64,000 nt of DNA, taken from the NCBI GenBank assembly GCA_963662315.1, contig OY759353.1, positions 800,001 through 864,000 on the forward strand, read 5' to 3'. Numbering within the stretch: the first letter of the stretch is position 1; every line of letters starts with the position of its first letter. Shown here piece by piece: positions 62,009 through 64,000 of the stretch. The position numbers were made by a program, and so were the translations under genes. This DNA comes from Geopsychrobacteraceae bacterium (lineage in GTDB: Bacteria; Desulfobacterota; Desulfuromonadia; Desulfuromonadales; Geopsychrobacteraceae). The notes under the pieces are model-generated. The model was given only the letters and a program-made list of their open reading frames with translations. It searched no databases and was not told the origin of the DNA.

Positions 62009-62914
62009 CTAAAATATCACCATCACCAAAGGCAATGTCACCAGACTGGCAAGGATACTGAAGAGTACTGAAGCATTGACAAAGTGTGGTGCAATCTCAT
62101 TTTCTTTAGCAACGATTGTCGCCATGACTGCGGTCGGCATAGCCATCTGCATAATTCCGGAAACATACTGGTAATGTTCCAGATGAAACGGAATAGCGAT
62201 AACACAAGCAATAACTGGCGCCAGCAACAGACGCAGGGATGATGCCAACAGCACGTCTCGGGAGAACTCGATCTTCTTCTGCTCCAGCAGTTGTAAACCC
62301 AAAGTGAACAACATGGTCGGAATCATCGCGCCGGCCAATAAACCAACCATCCTGGAGATCATCAATGGCATGGTGAAACCAGCACCCGAGACCAGTAAAG
62401 CCGGGACTACGGCAATAAGTGCAGGGGTTTTAAAGACATTGAACAGCGCTCCTTTACCACCACCACGAATCCAGCCCGCAGCACTGATACCAATGAAGAG
62501 CTGGGTAATGGACATGATGACGTAATACATGGTCGCGGGTCCGAGGCCAGGATCGCCAAGATGAAACTGGATGACTGCAATACCGTAATTACCCACATTG
62601 GCAAAAACCGCAATCATAATATAGGCAACGATCATCTCTTTTGTTTTACCAAGCAAACGTCCAATCAAACCGGCAACGGCAGCGGCTGAAGAGTGTGCAA
62701 TAACAATAAAGAACAGCATTTTCAGACTATCATTCAAGGCAATATTGGAACTGCTGAGAGCTTGAAAAATATAGGCCGGAACAAACACATAATAGGCCGC
62801 ACGAGAAATAGTTTTCGCCTGCAATTCAAGGCGTCCACCAATTAGGTAGCCAATAATAACGATGCCGAAAACCGGCATCACAACATTAATAAATATTTCA
62901 AAAAAAACACTCAT
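62009..62914 (-). CDS. AEC (auxin efflux carrier/malate permease) family transporter
   Basis: PVFGIVIIGY, YVFVPA, NVGNYG, IPTMLFTLG, AMPTAV; start at MSVFFE. Confidence 0.88.
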   Translation of the reverse strand: MSVFFEIFINVVMPVFGIVIIGYLIGGRLELQAKTISRAAYYVFVPAYIFQALSSSNIALNDSLKMLFFIVIAHSSAAAVAGLIGRLLGKTKEMIVAYIMIAVFANVGNYGIAVIQFHLGDPGLGPATMYYVIMSITQLFIGISAAGWIRGGGKGALFNVFKTPALIAVVPALLVSGAGFTMPLMISRMVGLLAGAMIPTMLFTLGLQLLEQKKIEFSRDVLLASSLRLLLAPVIACVIAIPFHLEHYQYVSGIMQMAMPTAVMATIVAKENEIAPHFVNASVLFSILASLVTLPLVMVIF

Positions 62915-62939
62915 CGCCGTTCCGTTTAAAAGGTTTGTA

Positions 62940-64000
62940 TTATTGCGCAGAGACTTCCTGAGCAATTGACCAAATATAATGCAGGAGATCCCTGGCGATT
63001 TTTGTTAGCGCTTGTTCGTGGAGATATCCATCATTCAGCAGACTTCGGTAACGCTGACACAAACGCAATTCAGCGTTTTTAGCCATTTCAGCAACAGGTT
63101 TTGGTAAACCGGTTAATAGCCGTGTCACCATGGATGTGGTTCCTGCCGGCTCACTGTAAGCCCAGGCCGCCTCGTAAAGGACACTCATTAATAATGAATT
63201 TCGACCGGATATCTGCTCAAAAGACCTTCTGTCAACTCCCTTAACAGGTTGATTTAGCCCAACGTAATTCTGCAATTTCCGGGGATTATCAAAACATCTC
63301 AGATCGCCTAATTCTGCGGAAAGAGTCACGGCAGTAAAAAAGTTAACACCCCGCAAGGCCTGATACGCGTTAACCATGGAACGCATGGACCAATTCATTA
63401 CCGCCTGGTTTATATGCTGCTCCAACCGCTTGAGTCTCTGGCCTGCTGTCGCAGCCATATCAAGGTATTCTTTAAACGTGATGGTCTGCTCTGGACTTTT
63501 AAATGTCAAGCCTTGAAGCCAATTGAGCTGATCATAGGACCAGGTCAATTCACCAGCACAGTGGATATCGTTACGCTTAAGGTATTCCCTCACCCGCCGC
63601 CGTGCCTGACGCCTTGTCAGGCGTGCTGTTTCGCAGCATTTGAGCAAGTCATGTATGGTTTCATCGATGGCGCCTGGAACGTAAACGGGGGTCAGCTCCC
63701 CGGCCCGCTGCAGTCTTGCCAACTCCAGAGCATCGCGCTCTGAATACCCCCCAGGGGGCCTCGTCTTTCTGGTTTTTGGAGGTGGAGCAACAACATCACA
63801 ATTCAATCCCTGCCCAGACACATAATGGAAATAGTCATAGCCGTATGCTCCAGCTTCATAGACAAAATAGGGATTTTTAAAGCGCTTTTTCAGTTCGTCA
63901 ACGACCCGGACAAAGGATGAGTTACTTGCAGAGATAGTTTTATAAAAGCGATCTTCTTCACCATGACCATTAGGGGCAAAGGCAATATCAATAGAGTTCC
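62940..64000 (-). CDS. IS110-family transposase-derived protein with altered catalytic motifs (5' end outside window)
   Basis: Frame is open to the window edge (NSIDIAFA...FVYEAGAYGY...CDVVAP...ERDALELARLQRAGEL...ALRGV...AELGDL..F.NP..L..Y.GL...EAAWAY...RLCQRY...IARDL..IWSIA). Confidence 0.8.
   Translation of the reverse strand, partial: NSIDIAFAPNGHGEEDRFYKTISASNSSFVRVVDELKKRFKNPYFVYEAGAYGYDYFHYVSGQGLNCDVVAPPPKTRKTRPPGGYSERDALELARLQRAGELTPVYVPGAIDETIHDLLKCCETARLTRRQARRRVREYLKRNDIHCAGELTWSYDQLNWLQGLTFKSPEQTITFKEYLDMAATAGQRLKRLEQHINQAVMNWSMRSMVNAYQALRGVNFFTAVTLSAELGDLRCFDNPRKLQNYVGLNQPVKGVDRRSFEQISGRNSLLMSVLYEAAWAYSEPAGTTSMVTRLLTGLPKPVAEMAKNAELRLCQRYRSLLNDGYLHEQALTKIARDLLHYIWSIAQEVSAQ

Overview
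Bacterial chromosomal window; gene order and content suggest a Desulfuromonadales/Geobacter-like deltaproteobacterium (inference). It has three blocks. (1) 1-30 kb is housekeeping: xerD (partial)-glnD-amidase-mutS, a CDF transporter, pfkA-exbD-exbB, maeB, thrC, mscS, sigma54-driven glnB-glnA, Lrp-lysA-rlmD, a Ca/Na antiporter, a sirtuin, an orphan cowN, an SSS symporter, an exported GH3 and pilT. (2) 30-50.4 kb is a ~20 kb, 19-gene minus-strand sugar-acid catabolic cluster under a DgoR-like repressor: TRAP transporter, divergent IlvD/Edd dehydratase, DgoK/DgoA, enolase-family dehydratase, three FAH proteins, KGSA dehydrogenase, HpcH aldolase, LtnD, DUF1537 kinase and DmpFG. (3) 50.4-64 kb is an accessory block: a PrpR-like sigma54 activator divergent from a LarA-like isomerase/2-hydroxyacid dehydrogenase/RraA-aldolase/Tct operon, a resolvase lacking its conserved Arg and ending in a QLSLF clamp-type motif, two structured orphan non-coding elements resembling IS110 non-coding ends, and an intact but apparently catalytically dead IS110-family protein at the right edge. 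The strongest unannotated signal is a ~75-nt intergenic sRNA candidate at 27.1 kb, with a near-consensus sigma70 promoter, an overlapping Fur-like box and a C-rich anti-SD loop. No tRNA, rRNA or CRISPR array was seen. All family calls come from motif reading, not database searches.
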